Of a stretch of DNA of 64,000 nt, positions 9,018-17,918 are shown piece by piece. A program made the translations under genes and the position numbers. Under the pieces are notes generated by a model. It saw nothing but the letters and a program-made list of their open reading frames with translations, made no database searches and had not been told where the DNA came from. Every line of letters begins with the position of its first letter. The stretch's first letter is position 1. The stretch comes from an uncultured Rikenellaceae bacterium (GTDB taxonomy: Bacteria; Bacteroidota; Bacteroidia; Bacteroidales; VadinHA17): positions 2,893-66,892 of the forward strand of contig CAYYIW010000003.1 of assembly GCA_964472085.1 (NCBI GenBank), in the 5' to 3' direction.

Positions 9018-10289
9018 ATGATTAAACTTGTAATTCTGGTCATTATCTATTTCGCTTTTCCTTTTGTAATAATCCGGATGTGTAAGCGCTGGTCCATCCT
9101 GAAAAAAATAGGTTCCATTACACTCGCATACGCCTTCGGGCTTCTGTTGGGATCAACGGGTATATTACCCCATGGGAGTGATGCATTCAAAATGACTCTG
9201 CAGGGCCGTGAATCCATACCCAAGCCGGAGATGGAAACATTGCTTGCTTCTGGCACCTTAACACAGAAGGATGTATTTGTAAATGAATTATCCGCAATAC
9301 AGAATATGCTGATAGATATAATTGTTCCTCTTGCATTTCCTCTTTTACTGTTTTCTCTGAATATAAGGAAGTGGATCAGGTTTGCAAAAGACGGATTTCT
9401 GTCCATGTTACTGGCACTGGTATCTGTCCTTGTCATTCTAATAACAGGTTATTTTCTTTTCAGGAATCTTGTCCCCGATTCGTGGAAGGTGGCGGGGATG
9501 CTTGTAGGTATCTATACAGGCGGGTCGCCAAACCTTGCCTCAATTAAGGTCGCTTTGGGTGTTGATCCAAACCTTTTTATTATGACCAGCACATATGATA
9601 TTTTGATGGGAGCTGTAACACTGATCTTCTTTCTTACATCAGGTCCCCGGATTTTCAGAGCTATTCTTCCTCCTTTTAATCATAATGGCGGAAGCAAGGA
9701 TGTTGATGAAGCCCTGGCTGAAACTGAGAGCTTTGAAGATTATTCCGGAATGTTAAGGAGAGGAAGACTGGTCCCTCTCCTCAAAGCCCTGGGGCTGTCA
9801 ATACTGATGTTCATTGCCTCATATGGAATAAGCCTGCTTATTCCCGGCATATCACTAACGGTTGTAGTAATATTATCAATATCAACATTTGCTATCATAG
9901 CTTCGCTTGTTAAATGGGTAAACAGGATTGAAAAGACTTTTCAGCTTGGAATGTACTTCATACTGGTCTTTTCATTCGTCATGGCTTCAATGGCTGACCT
10001 GAGTATCATTTTCAATATAAAATTCCTTGGGCTCTTTGCATATGTTTTCTATGCATATTTCGGATCACTTCTCCTTCATCTGCTGCTTTCGAAGATATTC
10101 AGGGTCAATGCAGACGATTACCTTATAACCACTACGGCATTTGTATTCTCACCTCCCTTCGTTCCTGTCATAGCCGGCGCACTGAAGAACAAGGACGTTA
10201 TAATAACCGGTATAACCGTTGGAATCATCGGATATGTGATCGGAAATTACCTTGGAGTAGCCCTGGGCTTTTTCTTAAAGGGAATGTAA
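9018..10289 (+). CDS. DUF819 family multi-pass membrane protein (putative transporter)
   Basis: Many hydrophobic segments, GMLVGIYTGGSPNLA and GYVIGNYLG motifs. The predicted start at 8976 lies inside the terminator, so ATG 9018 is used. Confidence 0.8.
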   Translation: MIKLVILVIIYFAFPFVIIRMCKRWSILKKIGSITLAYAFGLLLGSTGILPHGSDAFKMTLQGRESIPKPEMETLLASGTLTQKDVFVNELSAIQNMLIDIIVPLAFPLLLFSLNIRKWIRFAKDGFLSMLLALVSVLVILITGYFLFRNLVPDSWKVAGMLVGIYTGGSPNLASIKVALGVDPNLFIMTSTYDILMGAVTLIFFLTSGPRIFRAILPPFNHNGGSKDVDEALAETESFEDYSGMLRRGRLVPLLKALGLSILMFIASYGISLLIPGISLTVVVILSISTFAIIASLVKWVNRIEKTFQLGMYFILVFSFVMASMADLSIIFNIKFLGLFAYVFYAYFGSLLLHLLLSKIFRVNADDYLITTTAFVFSPPFVPVIAGALKNKDVIITGITVGIIGYVIGNYLGVALGFFLKGM

Positions 10290-10290
10290 A

Positions 10291-11652
10291 CTAAAACAGG
10301 TAGTTCAGCCCGATAGAAACTCCTATATTACCATCCTGGGCATTAAAAGCTTTACCAAGATCAAATGCAATGACAAAGTTGCGGTTCATAGCAAACATGA
10401 TGCTTATCCCGGCATCCTGGTGCAACTTATCATTCTCAAGCTTGAAGTAATCGGAGAAATTATCGGCAGGAAACAATTGTGAAAAGTTTGCCTGTAAGTT
10501 AGATGGCATCTTTATCTCCCTGGTTATCACTCCAAAATCGTAAAAAGCATCAAGACCCATATACCAGTCCTGTTTTAGGAAAGTGAAATACCAGGGTTTC
10601 CATCTTAATTCGAAGTTACCATACAGGAACCCGTCACCTACTACCCTGTTCCTTAAAACCCCTCTTAAAGTGCTTACACCTCCCAAACCTTCATTGGTTG
10701 CTCCTGTAAGCCTGGAAGTGATGACCTGTGACTGGTAAAAGAAAGGAGTGTGTCCCGATAAAGTAGTCTGATAACCCAACCTGTATGCAAAGGAAAGATC
10801 GTCTTTTATCAAGGTAAAATATTGCCTGTGTGTTATAAATAGTTTTGAGAAGGACCAGTCGTTTCCGAGAAATCCGGGAGCAACATCGATGCCTATTTCG
10901 GTCCATATACCCTTCATCGGGTTGGGCTTGTTATCGCGGCTGTCATACACAAGACCTATTTTTACAGTATTGACCCATCCACCCTTGACTTCATCAGGGC
11001 TAATTATACCGAGATCCTGGTAATATTCAAAAAGGCCTGGCTGATCTGCAACAAAAGGAAGTTTGTCTTTCTTACCTTTATTAAGCTTCGGGATGTCTAC
11101 CGAATCTATATCAAATTTCTCAAAAGCAAAACCCGCACTCCACTGTATCCTGTTACCCGAAAGATTACCCTGGAAATCGTTCTTGAACCTGAACTGGTTC
11201 CTCTGGTAGCTATAGAACATTGCTGACTTGTACTGATCACTCGACTTGTCTATCCAGTCTTTATTGTAAACCGATTCATAACCATTAAACCCGTAAAAGG
11301 AATTAGCCTGGTCAGGAAGGTAGCTAAGATCGCTTGACAGGTTTACGCCCGGGATTAAATGGTTAGACTCATACATAAACCTGTAAATACCACTTCCCTT
11401 TGTGAAATGAGATACTTCAGTATAGGTATGGTCGTAGAAATCAGGATACTTGCTGCCATCTCCGTAGTTAAAGAATTCAATGAGTGCTCCATACTGGAAG
11501 CCGAGGTTTGAGTCAAAGGAAATAGCAGGAAGAGCTCCTCCGAATTTCCATCCGGTTTTGACCTTTTTCTGTTGAGGTGCGCCGGTATTTTCCTGTGCAA
11601 GTACAGGGATAGCAAGACAAGCGATAAGAATTAAGCTGAAGATCCTTTTCAT
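10291..11652 (-). CDS. Omp85/BamA-superfamily outer-membrane beta-barrel without evident POTRA domains
   Basis: Signal peptide, YDSRDN, lid-loop GLGGVSTLRG, C-terminal LNYLF. Confidence 0.75.
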   Translation of the reverse strand: MKRIFSLILIACLAIPVLAQENTGAPQQKKVKTGWKFGGALPAISFDSNLGFQYGALIEFFNYGDGSKYPDFYDHTYTEVSHFTKGSGIYRFMYESNHLIPGVNLSSDLSYLPDQANSFYGFNGYESVYNKDWIDKSSDQYKSAMFYSYQRNQFRFKNDFQGNLSGNRIQWSAGFAFEKFDIDSVDIPKLNKGKKDKLPFVADQPGLFEYYQDLGIISPDEVKGGWVNTVKIGLVYDSRDNKPNPMKGIWTEIGIDVAPGFLGNDWSFSKLFITHRQYFTLIKDDLSFAYRLGYQTTLSGHTPFFYQSQVITSRLTGATNEGLGGVSTLRGVLRNRVVGDGFLYGNFELRWKPWYFTFLKQDWYMGLDAFYDFGVITREIKMPSNLQANFSQLFPADNFSDYFKLENDKLHQDAGISIMFAMNRNFVIAFDLGKAFNAQDGNIGVSIGLNYLF

Positions 11653-11684
11653 ATGTAAGTAATTTTGAATTTATAGGTCATATG

Positions 11685-11704
11685 CCTGCCTGCTGTCAGG
11701 CAGG
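11685..11704. repeat. Short REP-like palindrome CCTGCCTG-N4-CAGGCAGG
   Basis: Perfect 8-bp inverted repeat, flanked on both sides by CATATG (11679 and 11710). Confidence 0.55.
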
Positions 11705-11865
11705 GAACCCATATGTATTAGCTGTTTTAATACTTCTCTATGATTATTCAATCATGTGGGTTTCACGGGTCAGAGGTTTGGTTCACTGTGATAAAGATAA
11801 AGAAAATTGCAAATATCAGACTCTTTTTTTATTATTTGCTACCTTAGAACCCTAATAATTGCAGA

Positions 11866-13140
11866 ATGGGCAAAGGGATACTGATAAAGAACATTAAGTG
11901 TCTTGTTCAGGCCGGCGACAGAGACAGGATAGTCGTTTCAGGTGCCGCAATGTCTGAACTGGATACTATAAACGATGCTTTTCTCCTGATGTCGGATGGT
12001 ATGATAAAGGATTTCGGCAAAATGGCTGAACTTGGAAAGGATGATCATACCGGTGAAGAAGAATATGAAATAATAGATGCAAGCGGCAGGATGGTTTTTC
12101 CGGCATTCTGTGATCCTCATACCCATCTTGTATATGCAGGCAGCCGCGAAAAAGAATATATCGATAAAATACGGGGTCTGTCTTATTCAGAAATAGCAGC
12201 CGCGGGAGGAGGCATTCTCAACTCGGCAAAGCTGCTTCACGATACTTCTGAGGATGAACTGTACGATCAATCGGCTGTAAGGGTCAGGGAAATAATGTCT
12301 ATGGGCACAGGTGCCGTAGAAATAAAAAGTGGTTATGGCCTGAATACCGAAGATGAACTAAAGATACTGAGGGTAATACGACGTATCAGGGATAACTTTC
12401 CGCTGGAAGTAAAAGCGACATTTTTGGGCGCTCATTCCATACCAGCGGAATACAGGAATAACAGGACTGCTTATGTTGATCTTGTAATCACCGAGATGAT
12501 ACCCGTGGTAGCTGCGGAAGAACTGGCTGATTATATCGATGTCTTTTGCGATGAAGGTTTTTTTACGGAAGAAGACACTGAAAGAATACTTATGGCAGGA
12601 ATGAAATATGGTCTGCGAGCAAAGCTCCACGCCAATGAACTTGGATACTCAGGAGGAATCCAGGCAGGTGTAAGGTATAATGCATTATCGGTTGACCACC
12701 TTGAATGTACCGGGAATGAAGAGATAAGGGTGCTCCTTGACTCGGATACAATGCCGACATTACTTCCTGGTTCCGCATTTTTCCTGGGGATGCCGTATCC
12801 GCCTGCAAGAAAAATGATCTCGGCGGGTCTGCCTGTGGCCCTTGCATCCGATTTTAATCCGGGTTCATCACCGTCAGGAAATATGAAGCTTATAATGTCG
12901 CTGGGCTGTATCAAACTGGGAATGCTTCCGGAAGAGGTTATAAATGCGGTTACGGTTAATTCGGCCTATGCTATGGGAATATCAGACACGCATGGTTATA
13001 TCGGGAAAGGAAAGACAGCCAGTGTTTTCATAACAGGAAAGATACCTTCTTATGAATACCTGCCATATGCTTTTGGGAGTGATCTTATCGATACCGTAAT
13101 TCTTAAAGGGAAGATCATTAAAAAGTGTGAAACATACTGA
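11866..13140 (+). CDS. hutI: Imidazolonepropionase
   Basis: DPHTHLV, EIKSGYGL, FLGAH, KLHANE, ALASDFNPGSSP. Confidence 0.96.
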   Translation: MGKGILIKNIKCLVQAGDRDRIVVSGAAMSELDTINDAFLLMSDGMIKDFGKMAELGKDDHTGEEEYEIIDASGRMVFPAFCDPHTHLVYAGSREKEYIDKIRGLSYSEIAAAGGGILNSAKLLHDTSEDELYDQSAVRVREIMSMGTGAVEIKSGYGLNTEDELKILRVIRRIRDNFPLEVKATFLGAHSIPAEYRNNRTAYVDLVITEMIPVVAAEELADYIDVFCDEGFFTEEDTERILMAGMKYGLRAKLHANELGYSGGIQAGVRYNALSVDHLECTGNEEIRVLLDSDTMPTLLPGSAFFLGMPYPPARKMISAGLPVALASDFNPGSSPSGNMKLIMSLGCIKLGMLPEEVINAVTVNSAYAMGISDTHGYIGKGKTASVFITGKIPSYEYLPYAFGSDLIDTVILKGKIIKKCETY

Positions 13141-13182
13141 TCATATGATGCTGAACACAGCTGGAAACAAAAAATATATAAT

Positions 13183-14838
13183 ATGGAGAGGAAAATTATA
13201 GAATGTGTTCCCAATTTCAGTGAGGGTAGGGACATGTCTGTCATTAAGCAAATAATCGATGCTATAGAATCAGTCGATGGAATCAAGCTCCTGAATGTTG
13301 ATCCTGGCGAGGATACCAACAGGACAGTTGTGACTTTCGTAGGCAGCCCTGATGCTGTTTCAGAAGCTGCTTTTCTGGCTGTAAGCAAGGCATCGGAACT
13401 GATAGATATGACGAAGCATCATGGCAAACATCCCCGTATGGGTGCAACGGATGTATGTCCGTTTGTACCTGTGGCAGGAGTGACAATGGAGGAAACTGTG
13501 GAATATGCACGCAAAGTTGCGGAGAAGATAGGTAATGAGCTGGGTATCCCTGTATATTGTTATGAAAATGCAGCCTATAAACCTGAAAGACAAAACCTTG
13601 CTTATTGCCGCTCAGGTGAATACGAGGGACTTAAAGACAGGTTCGGCAACAGTGAGTGGACACCTGATTTCGGGCCTGCAAGGCTCAATGAGCGGTCGGG
13701 TGCTACTGCTGTGGGTGCCAGGGATTTTCTGGTTGCATTTAATGTTAACCTGAATACAACCTCTACAAGGAGAGCGAATGCCATAGCTTTTGATGTCAGG
13801 GAGAAAGGCAGGAATATTGTGAATGAAAAAGGTGAAAAAATAAATCAGCCCGGAACACTGAAGAGCGTGAAAGCTATAGGATGGTATATCAGGGAATACG
13901 GGATAGCTCAGATTTCGATGAACCTGACAAATATTTCGGTAACTCCTGTACATGTGGCATTTGACGAAGTATGCAAAAAAGCAGATGCAAGGGGAGTGAG
14001 AGTTACCGGGTCCGAACTGGTTGGGCTCATCCCTTTAAAATCATTACTGGATGCAGGAAGATATTTCCTTGTTAAACAACAAAGATCACTTGGTGTGTCG
14101 GATGATGAGCTGATTAAAATCGCAGTCAGATCTATGGGGCTCAGTGATATTCATGAGTTCGTGCCTGAAGAAAAGATAATTGAATTTGTCATGGCTGACA
14201 AAGACAGGCCTTTGCTTGTCGGTATGACCCTAAAGGATTTCATGAATGAGACAGCTTCAGAATCACCTGCCCCGGGAGGAGGGTCTGTGGCTGCTTACAC
14301 CGGCGCCCTTGGCGTGGCACTGGGTACTATGGTGGCAAACCTGTCGGGACATAAAAGAGGATGGGATGAACGCTGGAAAGAGTTTTCTGACTGGGCTGTG
14401 AAAGGAAAAAATATACAGGATACTCTTCTTGGCCTTGTCGATGAGGATACTAATTCATTTAACAGTATAATGACGGCTTTTTCCCTTCCTAAGAATACAG
14501 AGGAGGAAAAAAAGGTTAGAAACATTGCAGTTCAGGAAGCGACAAAAAATGCTGCCATGGTACCTTACAGGGTGATGGAAACAGCATATATGGCTTTCGA
14601 TCTTGTTAAGGAAATGGTTAAAGTCGGAAACCCTAATTCTGTTACCGATGCGGGTGTCGGAGCTCTTGCCATCAGGACATGCATCAGGGGTGCCTACCTC
14701 AATGTCAGGATAAATGTCGCCGGTCTCGATGACAGGAAATTTGCCGGTTCACTTATTGCTTCCGGTCTTGAGATTGTAACCAGAGCTGAAGCAGAGGAGG
14801 CTGAGATACTTGCGTTGGTTGATCAGAAGATCAGTTGA
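13183..14838 (+). CDS. ftcD: Glutamate formimidoyltransferase / formiminotetrahydrofolate cyclodeaminase
   Basis: ECVPNFSEGRD, NRTVVT, HPRMGATDVCPF; C-terminal cyclodeaminase domain SPAPGGGSVAA. Confidence 0.96.
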   Translation: MERKIIECVPNFSEGRDMSVIKQIIDAIESVDGIKLLNVDPGEDTNRTVVTFVGSPDAVSEAAFLAVSKASELIDMTKHHGKHPRMGATDVCPFVPVAGVTMEETVEYARKVAEKIGNELGIPVYCYENAAYKPERQNLAYCRSGEYEGLKDRFGNSEWTPDFGPARLNERSGATAVGARDFLVAFNVNLNTTSTRRANAIAFDVREKGRNIVNEKGEKINQPGTLKSVKAIGWYIREYGIAQISMNLTNISVTPVHVAFDEVCKKADARGVRVTGSELVGLIPLKSLLDAGRYFLVKQQRSLGVSDDELIKIAVRSMGLSDIHEFVPEEKIIEFVMADKDRPLLVGMTLKDFMNETASESPAPGGGSVAAYTGALGVALGTMVANLSGHKRGWDERWKEFSDWAVKGKNIQDTLLGLVDEDTNSFNSIMTAFSLPKNTEEEKKVRNIAVQEATKNAAMVPYRVMETAYMAFDLVKEMVKVGNPNSVTDAGVGALAIRTCIRGAYLNVRINVAGLDDRKFAGSLIASGLEIVTRAEAEEAEILALVDQKIS

Positions 14839-14847
14839 AAACACGGG

Positions 14848-15621
14848 TCATGATTGCTGAGCTATCCTCCTGATCATTCTTAGCCTGTGGGAATATCCAC
14901 CTTTCTCAGCTTTAAAGATGCCCTGGTGATCTATTGTATCAATCCTTACCCGTCCGGAAGCATGAATTACAAGGCCCCTGGAAAAGATCATGCCAACATG
15001 TGATATCTTGCCTCTTTCATTATCAAAGAAGACAAGATCACCCGGTTTAGATTCATCAATGAAATCAATGACTTCCCCTGCTTCTGCCTGGTCGAGGCTG
15101 TCACGTGGTATTGCAATACCATGGATCTTATAAACCAGCTGTACCAGTCCTGAGCAGTCTATCCCGGATGGTATCCTTCCTCCCCAGATATAAGGACTGT
15201 TTATGAATTTCACAGCGGTTTCCGGAAGGTTCTCCCTAACATTGATGTAGTGCTCATTAAATCCTTGCCCGGTAGTGTATTGCCTGTCACCCAGTATGAA
15301 CATCCCTGATTTAAAATCAGGACTGTAAATTTCACATCCTGCTTCCAGGACCATCCTGGTCCTATCCTCCTTAAAGCAGGGAAGGGCCCGGTTAAGTACT
15401 GCGCCACTGCTACCGTCAGAAGCGGGTCTGTGCTGAAGATGGTCGGTATCGAGCCAACCGCTGTAGTTGTCAAAGAGTGTGGTTATCCTGATCCAGCTTC
15501 CTGCTTTGTCTGTGACGGTATACTTCTCTCCAAACAGGACCTGGCTCAGCATCTCCGACTTATGTGTCGGACCTGAGCGTAACGGTACAAAGACATTCTC
15601 GCAAACGAATATTTCCATCAA
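14848..15621 (-). CDS. NlpC/P60 (C40) peptidase with N-terminal SH3-like domain
   Basis: PYIWGG, GIDCSGL, GDLVFF, HVG; N-terminal SQVLFGE...YSGW. Confidence 0.9.
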   Translation of the reverse strand: MMEIFVCENVFVPLRSGPTHKSEMLSQVLFGEKYTVTDKAGSWIRITTLFDNYSGWLDTDHLQHRPASDGSSGAVLNRALPCFKEDRTRMVLEAGCEIYSPDFKSGMFILGDRQYTTGQGFNEHYINVRENLPETAVKFINSPYIWGGRIPSGIDCSGLVQLVYKIHGIAIPRDSLDQAEAGEVIDFIDESKPGDLVFFDNERGKISHVGMIFSRGLVIHASGRVRIDTIDHQGIFKAEKGGYSHRLRMIRRIAQQS

Positions 15622-15635
15622 TGAGTATTTTGTCT

Positions 15636-15643
15636 CAAAATTA
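15636..15643 (-). promoter_or_regulatory. -7 promoter element for the NlpC/P60 gene
   Basis: TAATTTTG on the minus strand, 14 nt upstream of the start. Confidence 0.45.
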
Positions 15644-15831
15644 ACAAATAAACCTGTAAAAATATCTATTCCACCGTTAGTGCAATGATACGGGTATCTT
15701 TTAAGACATCATGAACAAAAATCATGACCCTGTGTTCAATGAATAAATTTAAAAGATATTTCTGCCTGATATTTGATGACCCGGCATTGCGATCACTCAT
15801 CAGCAAAGAATTTGTTATTGGGATTTTAGCT

Positions 15832-15839
15832 TATTTTTG
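15832..15839 (+). promoter_or_regulatory. -7 promoter element for the HD phosphohydrolase gene
   Basis: TATTTTTG upstream of ATG 15874; supports the later start. Confidence 0.4.
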
Positions 15840-15873
15840 TTTAACTTTTAAAGTGTTTATTTTTATAGGAGGG

Positions 15874-17265
15874 ATGTCTGATATAAAGAATACGCAGGAA
15901 TCAGCCCGCAAGTCAATTGTCAATACTATGCTATTCATAGCAAGTATTGTTATTGTTGTTGCGATGTGGCCACGCGGGGGGGAATATAATATCTTTACCC
16001 TGCTGGGTACACTTATTATGGTTACTTCATGTTATCTTGTCCTTTATCTCTTCCTCTCACATTTTCGTCCCGAAATACTGCAGGTTAACAGGAAGATGTT
16101 CTTTATCATTTTCATCATACTGGCTTTTGTCGGTATGACCAGGATCGTTATTGATCTTGGTAATGACAACATTCTATATCTAATCCCATTTGCACTTATT
16201 CCTATTGTGATAAGGACATTTTACGATGCAAGGCTTGCACTGTTTATACTTCTTGTCACAATTATGCTTGCCGGACTGATAGTACCTGATAAGTTTAGTT
16301 TTGTTTTTTCCAGCTTTATTGCCGGGGTAGTTGCCATATTCACTCTGACCAATATTTACCGGAGAGGAAAAATGGTCTTTGCAGCATTGATGGTCTTTGT
16401 CTGTTATTCTGTGCTTTATACCGGAATAAGTCTTATGCGGGAAGGAACGTTTATTGATTTTAACTGGTCAGAATATAAGTGGTTCCTGGGAAATGGTATT
16501 CTTGTTCTTCTCAGTTATCCCCTGATATTTCTTTTTGAGAAAAATTTCTATTTCCTTTCAGATACCACATTGCTGGAATTATCAGATTATAACCAGCCTC
16601 TTTTACGGAGGCTTGCAGAGGAAGCTCCCGGTTCGTTTCAGCACTCACGACTGGTAGCTAACCTGGCAGAGGAGGCCGCCCGTGTAATAGGTGCCAACCT
16701 GCTGCTGGTGAGGACCGGTGCTCTATATCATGATATTGGTAAAATAGCGTATCCTGATTATTTTATTGAGAATCAGCTTGATGGTAGTAGCCCTCATGAT
16801 AAGCTGGATCCACTGGCAAGCACTAAGGTTATTATTAATCATGTCAGGAATGGCGTTGTGCTTGCTAAAAACTTCAAGGTGCCGGAACAGATAATTGATT
16901 TCATACAAACACACCATGGTACAACGGTAGCATATTATTTCTACAAGAAATATGTTGATCAGCATCCTGAAGATAAAGAGAAGAAAAAGGATTTTACCTA
17001 CCCTGGTCCGAGGCCATCAACCAGGGAAACAGCCATAGTTATGATGGCTGATGCGGTGGAAGCGGCTTCAAGAACTCTTGATAAATATACAGAAGAAGCG
17101 ATAAATGAGCTGGTTGAACGGGTGGTGTATTTGCAGGAGCAGGATGATCAACTCTCAAATGCCCCGCTTACATTCAGGGATATTACAGACATAAAATCTA
17201 CTTTTAAGAAAAGGCTTCTTAACATTTATCATTCGAGAATAGCATATCCGGAAAGAGAAGCCTGA
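15874..17265 (+). CDS. 7TM-HDIG (PgpH-like) membrane HD phosphohydrolase lacking the extracellular domain
   Basis: TM bundle followed by APGSFQHS, ALYHDIGK, YFIENQ, THHGT, YPGPRP and ADAVEAASR. Confidence 0.88.
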   Translation: MSDIKNTQESARKSIVNTMLFIASIVIVVAMWPRGGEYNIFTLLGTLIMVTSCYLVLYLFLSHFRPEILQVNRKMFFIIFIILAFVGMTRIVIDLGNDNILYLIPFALIPIVIRTFYDARLALFILLVTIMLAGLIVPDKFSFVFSSFIAGVVAIFTLTNIYRRGKMVFAALMVFVCYSVLYTGISLMREGTFIDFNWSEYKWFLGNGILVLLSYPLIFLFEKNFYFLSDTTLLELSDYNQPLLRRLAEEAPGSFQHSRLVANLAEEAARVIGANLLLVRTGALYHDIGKIAYPDYFIENQLDGSSPHDKLDPLASTKVIINHVRNGVVLAKNFKVPEQIIDFIQTHHGTTVAYYFYKKYVDQHPEDKEKKKDFTYPGPRPSTRETAIVMMADAVEAASRTLDKYTEEAINELVERVVYLQEQDDQLSNAPLTFRDITDIKSTFKKRLLNIYHSRIAYPEREA

Positions 17266-17269
17266 CAGG

Positions 17270-17908
17270 CTATCGGATATCGTTTATTTCCACATCCTTG
17301 TATCTGGAAGGCTGGAATACAAAAGCGTCCTCTCCCGGTTGTTGGTCCAGGTTATATTTCTTGACATACAGGGTACTGGTGATTCCGTCCTTCTTCTTGT
17401 ATTCAAGACTTACAAGGTTATATTTCAGTTTATCTATCGTCAACCTTATCCTTACCAGGTCACTTTTGATATCTTCCGGGTAGAGGTCTATGATAAAATT
17501 CCTGGTTGTCTCATCAACAAGCTTGATTTTATAATCTTTCTTGTACATTGAGAAGATAGCAGAAGGTTTACTTTGAAATGAATTGTCCTTCCTCCCGGGT
17601 TTGGTTATTGTTACTTCATTCTCTGCAGGCAGGTAACTCCATGAGGTAACCCCGTCGAACCATACGGTGTTATCGGGTAATTCTAGCCTGTACCGGTCAC
17701 CGCTAAGAATAACACTTCCGTTTAGCGTGTCGGTTGTTTTTTCCATCTGGTTAACAGTAACAATGGAGAATTCCATTGAAACAGATGGAGCCTTTCGTGC
17801 TGTTTCAGAGAACCTGTCAAGTATCTTCATCGCCTCAGGATCCTTCTGGGCAAAGACTGACATTGAAAAGCTGCAAAGGAAAATAATATTAACTATTTTG
17901 TTCTTCAT
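17270..17908 (-). CDS. lolA: Outer-membrane lipoprotein carrier LolA family protein
   Basis: Signal peptide, WFDGVTSWSY, NEVTIT, C-terminal FVFQPSRYKDVEINDIR; directly downstream of ftsK. Confidence 0.85.
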   Translation of the reverse strand: MKNKIVNIIFLCSFSMSVFAQKDPEAMKILDRFSETARKAPSVSMEFSIVTVNQMEKTTDTLNGSVILSGDRYRLELPDNTVWFDGVTSWSYLPAENEVTITKPGRKDNSFQSKPSAIFSMYKKDYKIKLVDETTRNFIIDLYPEDIKSDLVRIRLTIDKLKYNLVSLEYKKKDGITSTLYVKKYNLDQQPGEDAFVFQPSRYKDVEINDIR

Positions 17909-17918
17909 GATAAGCTCT

